DNA from: Octopus vulgaris | Taxonomy: Eukaryota | Assembly: GCA_951406725.2 (NCBI GenBank) | Contig: OX597822.1 | Coordinates: 24,056,001-24,120,000 of the forward strand | Direction of reading: 5' to 3' | DNA: 64,000 bases | In this document: piece after piece, positions 27,031-40,458 of the stretch | Numbering within the stretch: the stretch's first letter is position 1 | Layout: every line of letters starts with the position of its first letter | Notes under the pieces: model-generated | Told to the model about the DNA's origin: nothing | Databases searched by the model: none | The model's input: the letters and a program-made list of their open reading frames with translations, nothing else | Position numbers and translations under genes: made by a program

Positions 27031-27740
27031 CAATAATACTTGTGATGATGATGATGATGACGACAACAATGAAAGGAGATGCGTAAGGAGATGATGGTGC
27101 CGAGAGAAGATAAAAAGCAACAACTCAAGTGTTGTCAGTAACGTTGACTGGTGTGTATCTATTGCAGCACACCTTTATTTATGGATGTAATCATCTTCAT
27201 CATCATAACTGTCTACCTAACTTTCACACACACAAACACACCTAGGTGAGTGTATGTGTGGTGTGTGTGTGTGTGCATACATCAAGTGGTTGACATTAGG
27301 AAGGGCATCCAGCCATAGAAACCATGCCAAATGAGACTAGAGTCTGGTGCAACTCCCCACCCCAGCTTGCCAGCTCTGGTCACACCATCCAACCCATGTC
27401 AGCATGGACAACGGACGTTAAATGATGATGATGATGATGATGATGATATATTCATATCTATATACTACTGGAACTCGTTGATTGCTTGCTTGTGTAAGTG
27501 CTTGTCTGAAATATAATACAGCCAAACCAGTGCACAATGGGAAAGTACTCTGAAAGTAAGACACCCGTGGAATGTGAATATAAACAAAAAACAAATTTCG
27601 TGTAAATCAGACCACAGATTCCTGAGATACAAGGTCTTTTGGGGTACCTTCGGAAATAGCCAAAGCGGCACATAATAGGAAAATACTCCAAAAGTAACAT
27701 AACACACACATATATATATATATATATGCATCTATGTATA

Positions 27741-27794
<54 letters not shown>

Positions 27795-27865
27795 TTATGT
27801 ATATATGTACCTATATATATATATATATATATGTATGTATATGTATATATGCATAAGCCACCCAT

Positions 27866-27896
<31 letters not shown>

Positions 27897-28832
27897 GCAT
27901 AAGCCACCCATATATATATATATATATAGATATAGATATAGATAGATAGATAGACAGATATATATATATATATATATATATAATACACACACATGCATAA
28001 ATACACATATATAAACATAAAAGTAATACAGTTTTCAACAAGTTTTAATTAAAAGTATATTTTTAAAAAGAGAAACTTTCACCACCCTGTTTAGAGATGT
28101 TTTAAATATAGATTGAAGGAGAAGAAAATAGAAAGATAGAAAAGGGAAGGAAGGATGAATGGATGGATGGAAAGAAAAACAAAGAAAAGGAAAAAGAAAC
28201 AAAAAAGGAAAAGAAAAGAAATGAACGAGAAATGACAAGAAGAATAAACACTAATTAATGAACGAACTCATTAGGATACTTGAAATATGAGGAAAAAATT
28301 AATATTTGACTAATGCATACTCACATAGACAACACAGATACTCACACACACATACATACATTCATAGACTCTGTAAGAAACTAGTTGAAGGGCATATACA
28401 TACTTCATATTCAAACATACATTATCACTCATATATACATACACACATATATAAAACAATACACACATACATAAAGCAATACACACATATATAAAACAAT
28501 ACACACATATACATACACACGCATGGATATTAACCAATAATTTTCTAAAATAGCTCATAAGGCCCCAAATTTTGAAGTAAAACTAATAGTCAATTATATC
28601 AAATTCAATACTTGATAACTACTTTATTTCATCAGATACAGGTAGGGCTGATACTTTTAATAAATATATATTAGTGACAGAGGAATTATTAATACCAAGA
28701 GGTAATATTTATCCCTACTTAAACATCATTCCCAAAGGGAGCAGTTCTGAGTTTCTAGGTGAGACTCAGAATGGCTTGTATAAAACAAAACAACAACAAA
28801 ATTGTAACAATAATAAATAGAAAACAACAACA

Positions 28833-29465
28833 ATCCTTTCTATTACAGGCACAAGGCCTGAAATTTGGGGGAGGGATGGTCAATTACATCAACCCCAGTA
28901 CTCAACTGGTACTTAATTTATCAACCCTGAAAATATGAAAGGAAGTCGACCTCAGTGCAATTTGAACTCAGAACGTAACGGCAGACAAAATACCTATTTC
29001 TTTATTGCCCACAAGAGGCTAAACACAGAGGGGACAAACAAGGACAGACAAATGGATTAAGTCGATTACATCGACCCCAGTGCGTAACTGGTACTTAATT
29101 TATCGACCCCAAAACGATGAAAGGCAAAGTCGACCTCAGCGCAATTTGAACTCAGAACATAGTGACAGATGCAATACCGCTAAGCATTTCGTCTAGCATG
29201 CTAACAATTCTGCCAGCTCGCTGCCTTAACAACAACAACAACAACAACAATCCTTTCTACTAAAAGCACAAGGCCTAAAATTTTGGATGAAGGGACTAGT
29301 CGATTACATTGACCCCAGTGTTTCACTGGTACTTAATTTATCAACCCTGAAACGATGAAAGGTAAAGTCGACCTCAGCAGAATTTGAACTCAGAACATAG
29401 CAACAAGAGAAATACCACTAAGCCTTTCATCCAGCATGCTGATGATTCTGCCAGCTTGCGGCCTC

Positions 29466-29503
<38 letters not shown>

Positions 29504-29720
29504 TAATCCTTTCTACTGAAGGCACAAGGCCTTGAAATTTTGGGGGAGAGCACTAGTTCATTACATCGACCCCAGTGTTACATTGGCACTTAATTTATCA
29601 ACCCCGAAAGGATGAACAGCAACGTCGACCTTGGCGGAGTTTGAACTCAGAACGTTGCGGCAGACGAAATACTACTAAGCATTTCACTTGGTGTGTTAGT
29701 AATTCTGCCAGCTCACCACC
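28833..29720 (-). mobile_element. cluster of four same-orientation family A SINE units separated by (CAA)n/(TAA)n
   Basis: Units at about 28833-28994, 28995-29225, 29250-29464 and 29506-29720, with two alternative 3' tails. Confidence 0.9.
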
Positions 29721-30104
29721 TGAATAATAATGATAACGATGATGATAACAGTAGTAGTAGTAGTAGTAGTAGTAATGATAATAATAAAAATAATGGAAAT
29801 TACAATATTTATAAGAAAACACAGAAAGCAAGGAAATTTTAACATTCAGATAATCTTGGGGTTTTGTTTTGGTTTGTTAGTTTTTAATTATCTCACTAAT
29901 TTTATTAAATTTTTGTTTGTTTTCAATTATCTGGCCTATTTTATTAATTTCTTTTTTCTTTCTTCCTTTTTATTCTTGAAAAATCAAAATTGTTATAAAT
30001 TTTCACTGATGAACCAACATCACAAAGTTATGAGATGGAAGCACAGGAAAAATGATCACAAATCTGAGGAAGTTAAAGAATTACATAACGACATGGAGGA
30101 TGTG

Positions 30105-30490
30105 ATGTGGTGGTGATGATGATGTGGATGGCGATAATGATGATGATGGGGATGGTGGTTATGATGATTATGATGATGACAATGATGATGGTGATGATTG
30201 TGATTACGATAAAGAGAAAAGTAATGATAAAAATGACAAAGATGATATGGTCATGATCATGATCAAGACGGTAATGGTGATGATGATGATGACATGTTTA
30301 TGATGAGGAGGGGGAGGATGAAAATGATGACAATGACAATGAAGACGATGACGATGACGATGCTGGTGAGGATCATGATCATCATAAGGATTGTGGTGAT
30401 GATGCCAATGATAATAACAAGGACAATGATGACTACGATGATAATGAGGAGGATGATGATGATAACAATGATGGTAATAATAATATAATA
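30105..30490 (+). repeat. degenerate (GAT)n tract
   Basis: Directly visible. Confidence 0.9.
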
Positions 30491-30491
30491 G

Positions 30492-30838
30492 CATGATTGT
30501 TGACAGAGCGACTAACTGGCTTCCATGTCGGTGGCACGTAAAAGATACTGATCGAGCATGATCGTTACCAGCGTCGCCTTAGTAACGACGGTGGCATGTA
30601 TAAAAAGATTCCAGTGAGGTCGTTGCCAGTACCGCCTGACTGGCCCTAATGCCGGTGGCATGTAAAAGCACCCACTACACTCTCGGAGTGGTTGGCATTA
30701 GGAAGGGCATCCAGCTGTAAAACTCTGTCAGATCAAGATTGGAGCCTGGTGCAGCCATCGGGTTCGCCAGCCCTCAGTCAAAATTGTCCAACCCATGCTA
30801 GCATGGAAAGCGGACGTTAAACGATGATGATGATGATG
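30492..30838 (+). mobile_element. SINE-like family E
   Basis: Near-identical to 16160-16500 and 48540-48752. Confidence 0.85.
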
Positions 30839-30840
30839 AA

Positions 30841-31385
30841 ATTATTGTATACAGTGCTCATGTGCACCACAACTTGTCAAAAGTGCATATAAAGCATATG
30901 CAGTAATGTACAAATGTCTGGAAAGTGAACAGTGTATGAGTCAGATACATGCTTGCGCGTGTATGGAGGGGAGAAACTCAGGTGTAGTGTTGGCGAATCT
31001 CAGGAAGCATGGAAGTTTTGAAGGATGCAGTGCTCCGACAACTAACAACTGATGCCGGCAGTTTGTTCCATGCTTCAGCAACTCTTAGCGTGAAAAAATG
31101 TTTCCGAAAGTCATGGGAGCTGTGATGTTTGTAAACATGTCCATGGGTGCTAGACAGATGGAGCTTGAAAAGGTGCTCAGAGTTATTGTTTGTAAGATGG
31201 TTAATAATTTTATGGGTGTCTGCCAAGTCAGCTGCCAGACGTCGGAGTTTCAATGTATCCATGCCCAGGGAAATAAGGCGTTCAGAATATGGCAAATGTC
31301 TGATGGAGGCTATTCTCTTGGTTGCACGTCGCTGAACGGTTTCCAGACAATTATTATCCTGGGCAAGATAGGGGTTCCAGACTGT
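30841..31385 (-). mobile_element. CR1-group LINE 3' end (5'-truncated)
   Basis: VWNPYL..D...LETVQRRATKRI..IRHLPYSERL..LG..TL..RR...DL..THKI...RKHFFTLRVAEAWNKLP..VV, followed by a short 3' UTR. Confidence 0.9.
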
Positions 31386-31789
31386 GATGATGATGATGAG
31401 TCCATGATAATCATGATCATGATAACAATGATTACCATGATGATGATGATGGCAATGACAAGAACGATGACGACAATAACGATGGTGATGATGATGATGA
31501 TAGCAATCAGCATGACTTGATGATGATACAACAATGATGATGACGATAATTACGGCGACTGCAGCGGAGTCGACAAGTATGATGATGATACATCGAACCA
31601 AACATATTTCAAAATATTTTCAGCAAGGGATTATCTTAATACCTCCTCTGGCTTAACAAAGTAGGAAAGCATCCAATTTGACGTAAATGCACTGCGATGT
31701 GCACCGAAACATACTCTTGCTTATTCGAAATTAATATCAGAACTTCTTGTGCAACAAACAATCACTTAGGTACTATAAATGTGTATACG

Positions 31790-32163
31790 TTATATATATA
31801 TAATACATACATGCATACACACACACACACACACACACACATGTATATATACATATATACATACATACATACATACATCTATATACACATACATATCCAT
31901 ATATATACATATATATATATACATATATATACATACATATACATACATATATATACTTATACATATATATATACATATATATATATACATATACACATAC
32001 ATATACATATCTATACATATATATATATATATACACATACATACATATACATATATATACACATATATATACATATATATATGTATATACATACATGCAT
32101 ATACATATATATACATACATATATATATATACATACATATATAAATACATATATATACATATA

Positions 32164-32195
<32 letters not shown>

Positions 32196-32244
32196 CATAT
32201 ATAAATACATATATATATACATACATATATAAATACATATATAT

Positions 32245-32293
<49 letters not shown>

Positions 32294-32375
32294 CATATAT
32301 ATACATATATATATATATACATATATATACATACATGCATATACATATATATACATACATACATAAATACATATA
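31790..32375. repeat. (TA)n/(TACA)n microsatellite
   Basis: Directly visible. It resumes at 33028-33310 on the other side of a LINE. Confidence 0.95.
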
Positions 32376-33027
32376 ACTTAGAAAGGTTTTGGCCAGTATT
32401 GGCCCAGGCCATGTCTGACTTAACAGTACCACCTGGCAAAGTCTTTCAATTCAGGATTTGGGGACCAAGGCCCATTCGAGCAGAGAGTTATTGTTTGTGG
32501 TGAGATATCCGGGTGTGGGTGGTTTGTCCGGGACTGTTTGAAGGAATTTGTCCAAAGACTTCTTGAATTTTGTGTGGTCAGTTTCTTTTTTGACGTGTCC
32601 TGGTGTAATGTTGAAGAGAGCGGGTCCAATTGAGGTGAAATAATTGTGCCGTATTGTCGTTATGTGATGCGATTTAGATTTTTGTTGTGGACGGATGGCA
32701 CGTGGTCCAAGCCTTGGATGTATTTTTAAGGTGATGCCAACATCATTCGGACAGTGCTGATGAAATATTTTCCACATCATACAGATAATGTAGCATTCAC
32801 GGCGTCGTTGGAGTGAATACAGTTTCAGGTTCTCTAATCTACCCCAGTAGTCGAGGTCTGACATGCCATCTATCTTTTTTGTGATTGACCTTTGGGGAGC
32901 TTCAATTCTCATAATATTTTGTTTTGTGTAGGGAGACCACAGTGGACAGCAGTATTCAAAGTGGGGTCGGGCAAAAGTGGAGAAGAGAAGGATAATGGTG
33001 TGGGAATCTCTCGACTGGAAGGTTCTG
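32376..33027 (-). mobile_element. CR1-group LINE 3' end with about 190 uninterrupted codons
   Basis: RTF.SRD...[17 protein letters not shown]...[32 protein letters not shown]...GPALFN..P...FKKSLDKFL..VPD.P..PGY....NSLLEW. Confidence 0.9.
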
Positions 33028-33092
33028 ACATATATATATATACATACATATATACATATATACATACATACATACATATATACATACATACA

Positions 33093-33126
<34 letters not shown>

Positions 33127-33159
33127 CATACATACATACATATATACATACATACATAT

Positions 33160-33235
<76 letters not shown>

Positions 33236-33897
33236 TATCTTCTATATCTACCTATTTATGTGTATGTGTGTATGTATGTATGTATGTTTATACGTATATA
33301 TATATATATTTTATACATTTACATGTTTTTAACTACTTATGATATGCCTCTACACAGTCTCAGTCTACCAAATTCACTCACTAGGTATTGGTTGGCCCAA
33401 GGCTATATAGTAAAAAAAAAAACCCACTTGCCCAAGGGACTGAACCTAAAATCACATGATTGCAAAATGAGTTTCTTAACCACACAGCCATAGAAAAAAA
33501 AAATTCAGAGCAACCATTGCACATTTCAGTTTATTAATGATACGATGTAAAACCAAATATGAATAACACATTTTTCACGGCATTCTTGCAACAACTTATA
33601 TTTTCAAGATGTCCTCACATGAGTTCCATACTACCAATATCCACATCTGTCACCAACTCCTAAAACAGTATGAGTCTACAGTTCAAATAATGTTGCTGTT
33701 TTGGGGTCATAAAATGGAACTAAGCACCGTTGACTGTGAGAAACAAAGTTTAGCCTCATTTTAAAGAGAATATCCTGTCAAAATATTTCCAATTTGCATC
33801 ATGTGTGTTTATTTTCTGTGTGTGATGAAATAAATTTCTCCAGAATCTTTCTTCTTTCGATTTTTTTAGTTTAATGGCTGCTGATAGCTTAAATGGT

Positions 33898-34380
33898 GAC
33901 TCTTTTACTCTTTTACTTGTTTCAGTCACTTGACTGTGGCCATGCTGGAGCACTGCCTTTAGTCGAGCAAATCAACCCCAGGACTTATTCTTTGTAAGCT
34001 TCTTTCAGTTTCCATCTAACAAATCCACCAATAAGGCTTTGGTTGGCCCAAGGCTGTATTAGAAGACACTTGCCCAAGGTGTCACACAGTGGGACTGAAC
34101 CCGGAACTTTGTGGTTGGTAAGCAAGCTACTTACCACACAGCCACTTCTATGCCTATAGAATCAGAATTGAGTCAGAATTCAGTGATGATTTAATTATTG
34201 TTATTTATTTATTTCTCAATGATGCCAACATGGCTGTGTGGTTAAGAAGCTTGCTTCCCAACCATGTGGTTTTGGGTTCAATCTCATAGTGTGACACCTT
34301 GTGTCTTCTACTATGGCCTTGACATGATCAAAGCCTTGTGATTTGATTTGGCAGATGGAAGCTGAAAGAAGCTCCTTGTG
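33898..34380. mobile_element. two family B SINE pieces head-to-head (33898-34150 minus, 34225-34380 plus)
   Basis: Family B head, CORE-like segment and tail motifs. Confidence 0.8.
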
Positions 34381-35390
34381 CGTGTGTGTGTGTGTGCACG
34401 CACATATGTGTGTGCGCATGCCTGTGTGTGTGTGTGTGTGTGTATTCTTGAAATCCTAACCCTAGCCATTATAAAAGAAATGTTCTTCATTTCCAGTCTT
34501 CATAAAAAAAAAACCCTGGCCAAAGGGAAATATTACTTTGTAAACAGGTGAAGGTTGGCAACAGAAAGGGCACCCAGTCATAGAAAATCTGCCTCAACAA
34601 ATTCTGTCTGATCAATACAATCATGGAAAAACAAACATTAAAATGATGATGATGGTAGTGGTGGTGATGATGATGATGATGAACTATTTTTTAATGATTA
34701 AATAAAGAAATCAATGTCCAGGGATTCAATACTTTGTAAAGATGTATAAAAACAGCAGTAATCAATTTAACTGTGTTCAACCTACTTTGGTAAATGAAAA
34801 TGACATGACATCAGGTAAGAATCAATAACAAAAGGTAAAAACCACATTCATAATGTAGACCAACAATCATTACATTGTAACACAAAATTTCAGCCAGATT
34901 CATGCAATAGCTATCTTTTGAGACTGGACTAATGGTATTCTATCAAAATCTCTAGTTTCTAATAGGATTAAGAGATTTAAACGGAAAAAAAAAATGCTAC
35001 AGGACTGTTAATATATATATTCTGCAGCCTTAGATAATTTTTTTGAATATGATGTGGACTAGTATGCTCAAGCACACTGGTTTGTAAAGCTCTAAATTTT
35101 GTAGATGCCCAACTTTAACCCTAACCTTAACCCTAAACTTGAACATTGCTTTTAGTAGTTACAAACTTCAGAGGATTAAGAGTTTTGATACCAATATCAA
35201 CCCATTAGAGACTGTCTGTTGTAGTCCATTCATACTTAAATTTAAATCTTACATCATAATTCAGTATAAGAACCTGTACCAAAGTTATATTCCAAAGACC
35301 AACTAATTATAATAATAAAAAGCCAAAACAAAGTTAAATATTTTACTAACACATAAAAAGTACCCGTGCTAGGGCCAGGCAAAAAGAAAC

Positions 35391-35872
35391 TGTGCTGGTG
35401 CCCCATAAAAGGCACTGGAGCTGGTGCCACTTAAAAACCAATGGTGCTGGTGCCATGTAAAAAGCAGTGGTGCTGGTGCCCCATTAAAGGCACTGGTGCC
35501 ACATAGGAAGCACAGGAGCTGGTGCCATGTAAAAAGCACTGGAGCTGGTGCCACATAAAAACCAATGGTGCTGGTGCCATGTAAAAGGCAGTGGTGCTGG
35601 TGCCCCATTAAAGGCACTGGTGCTGGTGCCACATAGGAAGCACAGGAGCTGGTTCCACATAAAAACCAATGGTGCTGGTGTCATGTAAAAAGCAGTGGTG
35701 CTGGTGTCATGTAAAAAGCAGTGGTGCTGGTGCCCCATTAAAGGCACTGGTGCTGGTGCCACATAGGAAGCACAGGAGCTGGTGCCATGTAAAAAGCACT
35801 GGAGCTGGTGCCACATAAAAACCAATGGTGCTGGTGCCATGTAAAAAGCAGTGGTGCTGGTGCCCCATTAAA
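35391..35872 (+). repeat. 26-bp minisatellite, about 19 units, with a 5-unit higher-order period
   Basis: Unit TGGTGCTGGTGCCAYRTAAAAAGCAC, with variants recurring in fixed order. Confidence 0.9.
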
Positions 35873-36511
35873 TTCTTGATTATTTTCAGAGTTATTTGAA
35901 ACGTGGATATGTAGTTGTGTATAATTTCACCAGAAATATAGCAATGAAAGCATTAATCACTTAATAATTTTGATTGAATTCTGTTTTCCCGTAATTTACA
36001 ATGACATTAATACACACACATTTGTTCACTTCATGGATGCAATTATAAAAATCTATTTATATATTTAGGCACACATTATTCTCAATTGTCTTTCAAGCCA
36101 CATGTACAGCAACAAGCAGAATACATCGTTGGTTACGTCAAAGACATAGGATACAAGAAGGACCTTTTCAAATATGGATATCCATTGTAGCATCCTTTGA
36201 TAGACAAAGCCATTGAGGACTTATATCAAATTAAAGCAGGCGTAAAGACACAAATAAGATGGTAGGTTTTAAGAATTGCCTTTGAATGGTAGTCATCCGA
36301 ATCTATTGAATACTGAGGAATTCTAGCAGTACACCAGACAGAGACAAACGGTGCTGTGAATGGAAACTCAACTAAGAAAAGTTTAAAAAGACTGAACAGC
36401 GCATAATGAAGTAAGTATCAAAGCCTTTCTTGTCAGGTTTAGCAAACAAAACTCTGCAAAGTAGAAAAGATCTATCATTGCTGGTTTGTTGCATCGCTTA
36501 GAAATACAGTG

Positions 36512-36960
36512 TCATTACCATCACCACCACCTCATCGTCGTCGTCATCATCACCATCATTAGCACTATCATCATCATCATCATCATCATCATCCTCCTCA
36601 CTATCATCATCATCATCATCATCACTATCATCATCATCATCCTCATCATCATCAGTCATCATCATCAACACTATCATCATCATCGTCATCATCACTACAG
36701 CCATTATCACTATCGTCATCATCATCGTCATCATCACTGATACCACTACCACCATTACCATCACCACCACTACCATCACCATCATTACAATCACCACTGC
36801 CATCATCACTACCATTATCATCTTCTTCATCGTCATCATCATTACCAACATCATCATCATCATCACTATCACTGCTGCCATCATCACCATTATTGTCATC
36901 ATCATCATCATCATCATAATCACCACCACCACCGTCATCTTCATCATTATCATTACCATT
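36512..36960 (-). repeat. (CAT/CAC)n tract
   Basis: Directly visible. Confidence 0.95.
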
Positions 36961-37267
36961 AGCCTTCTCTCTTCATCAGTAAGCATTATATTTATCACCA
37001 AAGTGTTGGAATCTTTCTGATTCTGATTGTAATTATTGCCTATCATTACTCAATTTCTCCAGACAGATAATTCCAAACAAACACAGGAAGGAATGTAGAT
37101 GCAGAAGGAATACAAAATGACAGGAGACACATATAAATGGCACTTGAAGCATCATACATAACCAAAGACTGAGCTCAGTCGTGGGTTCCACTCTCCATTC
37201 CAGTATCTAGTGTAGCACGATATCAGGCATCAACCTCAGAGTATGTGCAAGTCTGTGGGAATATGTT

Positions 37268-37476
37268 AGAAACGTTAGCATGCCGGGCGAAATACTTAGC
37301 GGCATTTTGTCTGCCATTATGTTCTGAGTTCAAATTCCGCCGAGGTCGACTTTGCCTTTCGAGGTCGATAAATTAAGTACCAGTTATGCACTGGAGTCGA
37401 TGTAATCGACTTAATCCCTTTGTCTGTCCTTGTTTGTCCCCTCTATGTTTAGCTCCTTGTGGGCAATAAAGAAAGA
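37268..37476 (+). mobile_element. SINE family A with about 16-bp TSD
   Basis: Flanks AAGTCTGTGG(G)AATATG on both sides. Confidence 0.85.
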
Positions 37477-37639
37477 AGTCTGTGGAATATGAGCCAGAAC
37501 CCATTGCTGGACACTGATGAAGTAAGACATTATGCAATATCGCGTAATGTCTTTACATCTGTTGTGTAATTATTATGGCATGTATGTTCTATAAAGCATG
37601 GAATACCATACCAGTTTTTTCTGTAAATTATTATTATTA

Positions 37640-37985
37640 TAGACATCGCACGGTATACAGTATCGTGAGGTTGTTGATTGAAGATATTGTGTCTACCAGG
37701 AGTTTGTACTGTTTGTCAAATCACAACAAGGACCTCAGTCAGATAGTACTTTACACAATATTGTGCAGTTCCAAGTAATGCCGACTTTTGCAATACACCT
37801 ACATTGTAGGATATTTCTAAGGTTTACAGATGTTTTTTTTCAGATTGGGTGGTATTGAACCCAATGCTCCAATGACAATAGGGATAAACTTTATGTTTGA
37901 CTCTCATAACTGCCACATCTTAATGATCTCAATTCTCAGGTCTCCATATTTATCAACTTTTCCTCTTTCTTTCGTGATGAATCCC
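37640..37985 (-). mobile_element. R4/Dong-like non-LTR C-terminal fragment
   Basis: KERGKVDKYGDLRIEIIKMWQL...FIPIVIGALGSIPPNLKK...(frameshifts) LQKSALLG / ILCKVLS. Confidence 0.8.
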
Positions 37986-39542
37986 TCTTAACACATGGCT
38001 TTGATGCTCCCCCACCACTTCTGCTCGTGATCAGAGATGCACATATCGTCAGCCACTAAGAGACATGCTCAACTGGTTAAGGTCAAACAACTGACAAGCA
38101 AATCTGTGGTATTGAGCAGAATATTTGTTGTAGCCCATCTTTTATGCCAAGACAAAACAATGTACATGATAACACTTCTTATCAGTTAAGATCAGAAGCC
38201 ACGAGAGCCACTGTCTGGTACTGCATCAGGGCATTTATTATTATTATTGTTATCTGTATATATTAGTAGATACACCAAGCACAGACACATATACACATGT
38301 ACTCCACATATGCACACAAACATCAATGTGAAGGTAATGAAGGTCACTTAATTCAAAGCTGGAGATGCATAATTAAATTTATTCAATAATTTTCCTCTTT
38401 AACAAACCTTAATCCATTAACATGTGTTGAGATACAAGCAGCATACCAACGATGTGTGCATACATGAGGGGTTAGGGAGCTGAGATATCTAAATCATACG
38501 TTAAACTGTCGACTGATGAGAACCAGATGGAGGCTGTTAATCTGTGGTTAACGAACACCTAATAACAAGAATCGCTTCTTTAATATGTCAATTACCAATG
38601 TTTCAAACACATGCCTGAAGAGAAACTGTAGCTTAAATATATATTCCAGCAGCTGTTGATGTACCTTTTAATTAACAGATAAGGGCTGCTTTCATATTTC
38701 TGTGCTCCCTAATGTGTAAATGTAAAGACCGGATGGTAGGGATCATGTTACACTTAACACATTCTATGGAGTCAGTTAAATATTAGAACTGCCTGCTTGT
38801 GGGGTTGCCATTTTTCATGCATTTGCCAATGTCTGGTGTGTGCATGTGTGTATGTGCATGGGTATGTGTATGCATGTATATATATATGTGTGTGTGTGTT
38901 TCCCACTTGTTAGATCTGAAAAAAAGGAGGATAGTGTCCATGCCATAGTAGACCCTCCAATGCCAATAGAATGTGATTAACGTTACCAGTGTTTGGTTAA
39001 GCCTTCATTACAATATTCCTAACATAACATATTGTCTTTCATCATCATCATCATCATCATCATCAACAACATTATCATTTAAGGTCTGTTTTCCATGTTG
39101 TCATGGGTTGGACAGCCTGACAAAAACTGGCAAGGTCAGGGGCTGCACCAGGTTCCCTAGTCTGTTCTGGCTCAGTTTCTACAGCTGGATGCCCTTCCTA
39201 ATGCAAACCACTTTACAGAGTGCACTGGGTGCTTTTTGTATGGCACCATCACCAATACTTTTTATATAATTCATTTTAAAAATAAAGAAGAATTTAGTAA
39301 AATAACTCAGTTATTATGAAGGTGGTGTCTACAACAAATTAACACGAAATTCTAAAGGAAGGTTTAATTGAGATCATTTTAAAATAATAAGTTTGTATCA
39401 TAGAACCAGGAGCAATGTATTTTAACAAGATTGAATGACAGATCCTCTATGGCATAACTAATTTGTCACATGGTTACCTAGCAGCCAATCACTGAACCTG
39501 TTTTCATCTGTTGACTCAAATTGGTATCTGTAATATTTAATA

Positions 39543-39964
39543 CTAGCTTAAAAGCCCCACTCCATGTGGACTTTTAAGCTAGTCCCTGTGGAGGGCTAAT
39601 TAGACCTGCAGCCCAAAACTAAAGAGAGCAATACTAATAAAGCATTTATTGGTACCCAACCAATATGGTATTACCCTACCAATATGGTATAACTTTAAAT
39701 TCAGTTTAAATGAAAAACTTGTAAGTTCACAAATTTTTGGATTTCTTTTAAAATTTGAATTTTCATCTGTTAGCATATAACAAATCCTCATCCAGACATG
39801 ATTCTAATGCTGAATGTTCAAGAACCAAATGAAGGACAGATTTTCAACCCCGGGATCATCCTGATTCCAAAAGGGTAAAGTATGTCTATGTAGAGCAAAT
39901 GTACACTGAGATACAGGGGTCCTGGACGGACAAACAGACAGAATTTCATGTTTATTATTATAGA
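39543..39964 (-). mobile_element. non-autonomous Helitron
   Basis: Minus strand starts A|TCTATAATAATAAAA followed by a (CTGT)-like run, and ends in a hairpin CCAC-ATGGA-GTGG then CTAG|T. These are canonical TC...CTAG ends in an AT target. Confidence 0.75.
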
Positions 39965-40074
39965 TTACAAATGTAATGGAAGGAAAGGAGAGGAAGTGAT
40001 TTGGATAAGAAAAGATACTCAGTCATGAAATTGTGCTCAGATAAAATTTACTCAGATTTGAAGGGGAATGGTAA

Positions 40075-40458
40075 ATATGCAAACCTCTCAGACTGGCACG
40101 AAAACTATCCAAATTCCATCAGTACAAAAGGACAAAGACCAGATATTGTACTATGTTCGAAATCAGATGCCAGAATCATCTTGGTTGAGCTGAGAGTCCC
40201 TTATGAATGCCAAATAGATGAACAACACCAATTCAAGATGAGAAAGTACGACAACCTGGTGAAAAAACAAAAGAAGGGTACCACTGGAAGGCAATGGAAG
40301 TTGGCGTATAGAGGTTTGCTACAGCATTTATGTGCCAACTACTAAATCAACTTGGAATCAAGGGCTACAAAAGCACAGTGACAATGAAACGCCTGTCAGA
40401 GACAACTCAGGAGAGCTCAGTGGTGTTATGGGAGAAAAGGAATGATAGATGGAACTGA
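40075..40458 (+). mobile_element. HERO-like non-LTR retrotransposon restriction-like endonuclease fragment
   Basis: RPDIVLCS...IILVELRVPYE..IDE.H..K..KY..LV, then after a frameshift EVG..F...L.QLG...KRLSE....SS..LWEKR...W. Confidence 0.75.

Noticed and set aside
35116-35139. Interstitial telomere
   Set aside because: Only four degenerate TAACCC-like units, too short to be meaningful.
35391-35872. CRISPR-like array
   Set aside because: The units are contiguous, the variable parts recur periodically rather than being unique spacers, there are no cas genes, and the context is eukaryotic.
37150-37172. miR-9-like sequence TCTTTGGTTAT on the minus strand
   Set aside because: Only 11 nt match and I see no complementary arm forming a precursor hairpin.
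40001-40345. Stand-alone PD-(D/E)xK nuclease gene
   Set aside because: It is the frameshifted C-terminal endonuclease of a non-LTR retrotransposon, not an independent gene.
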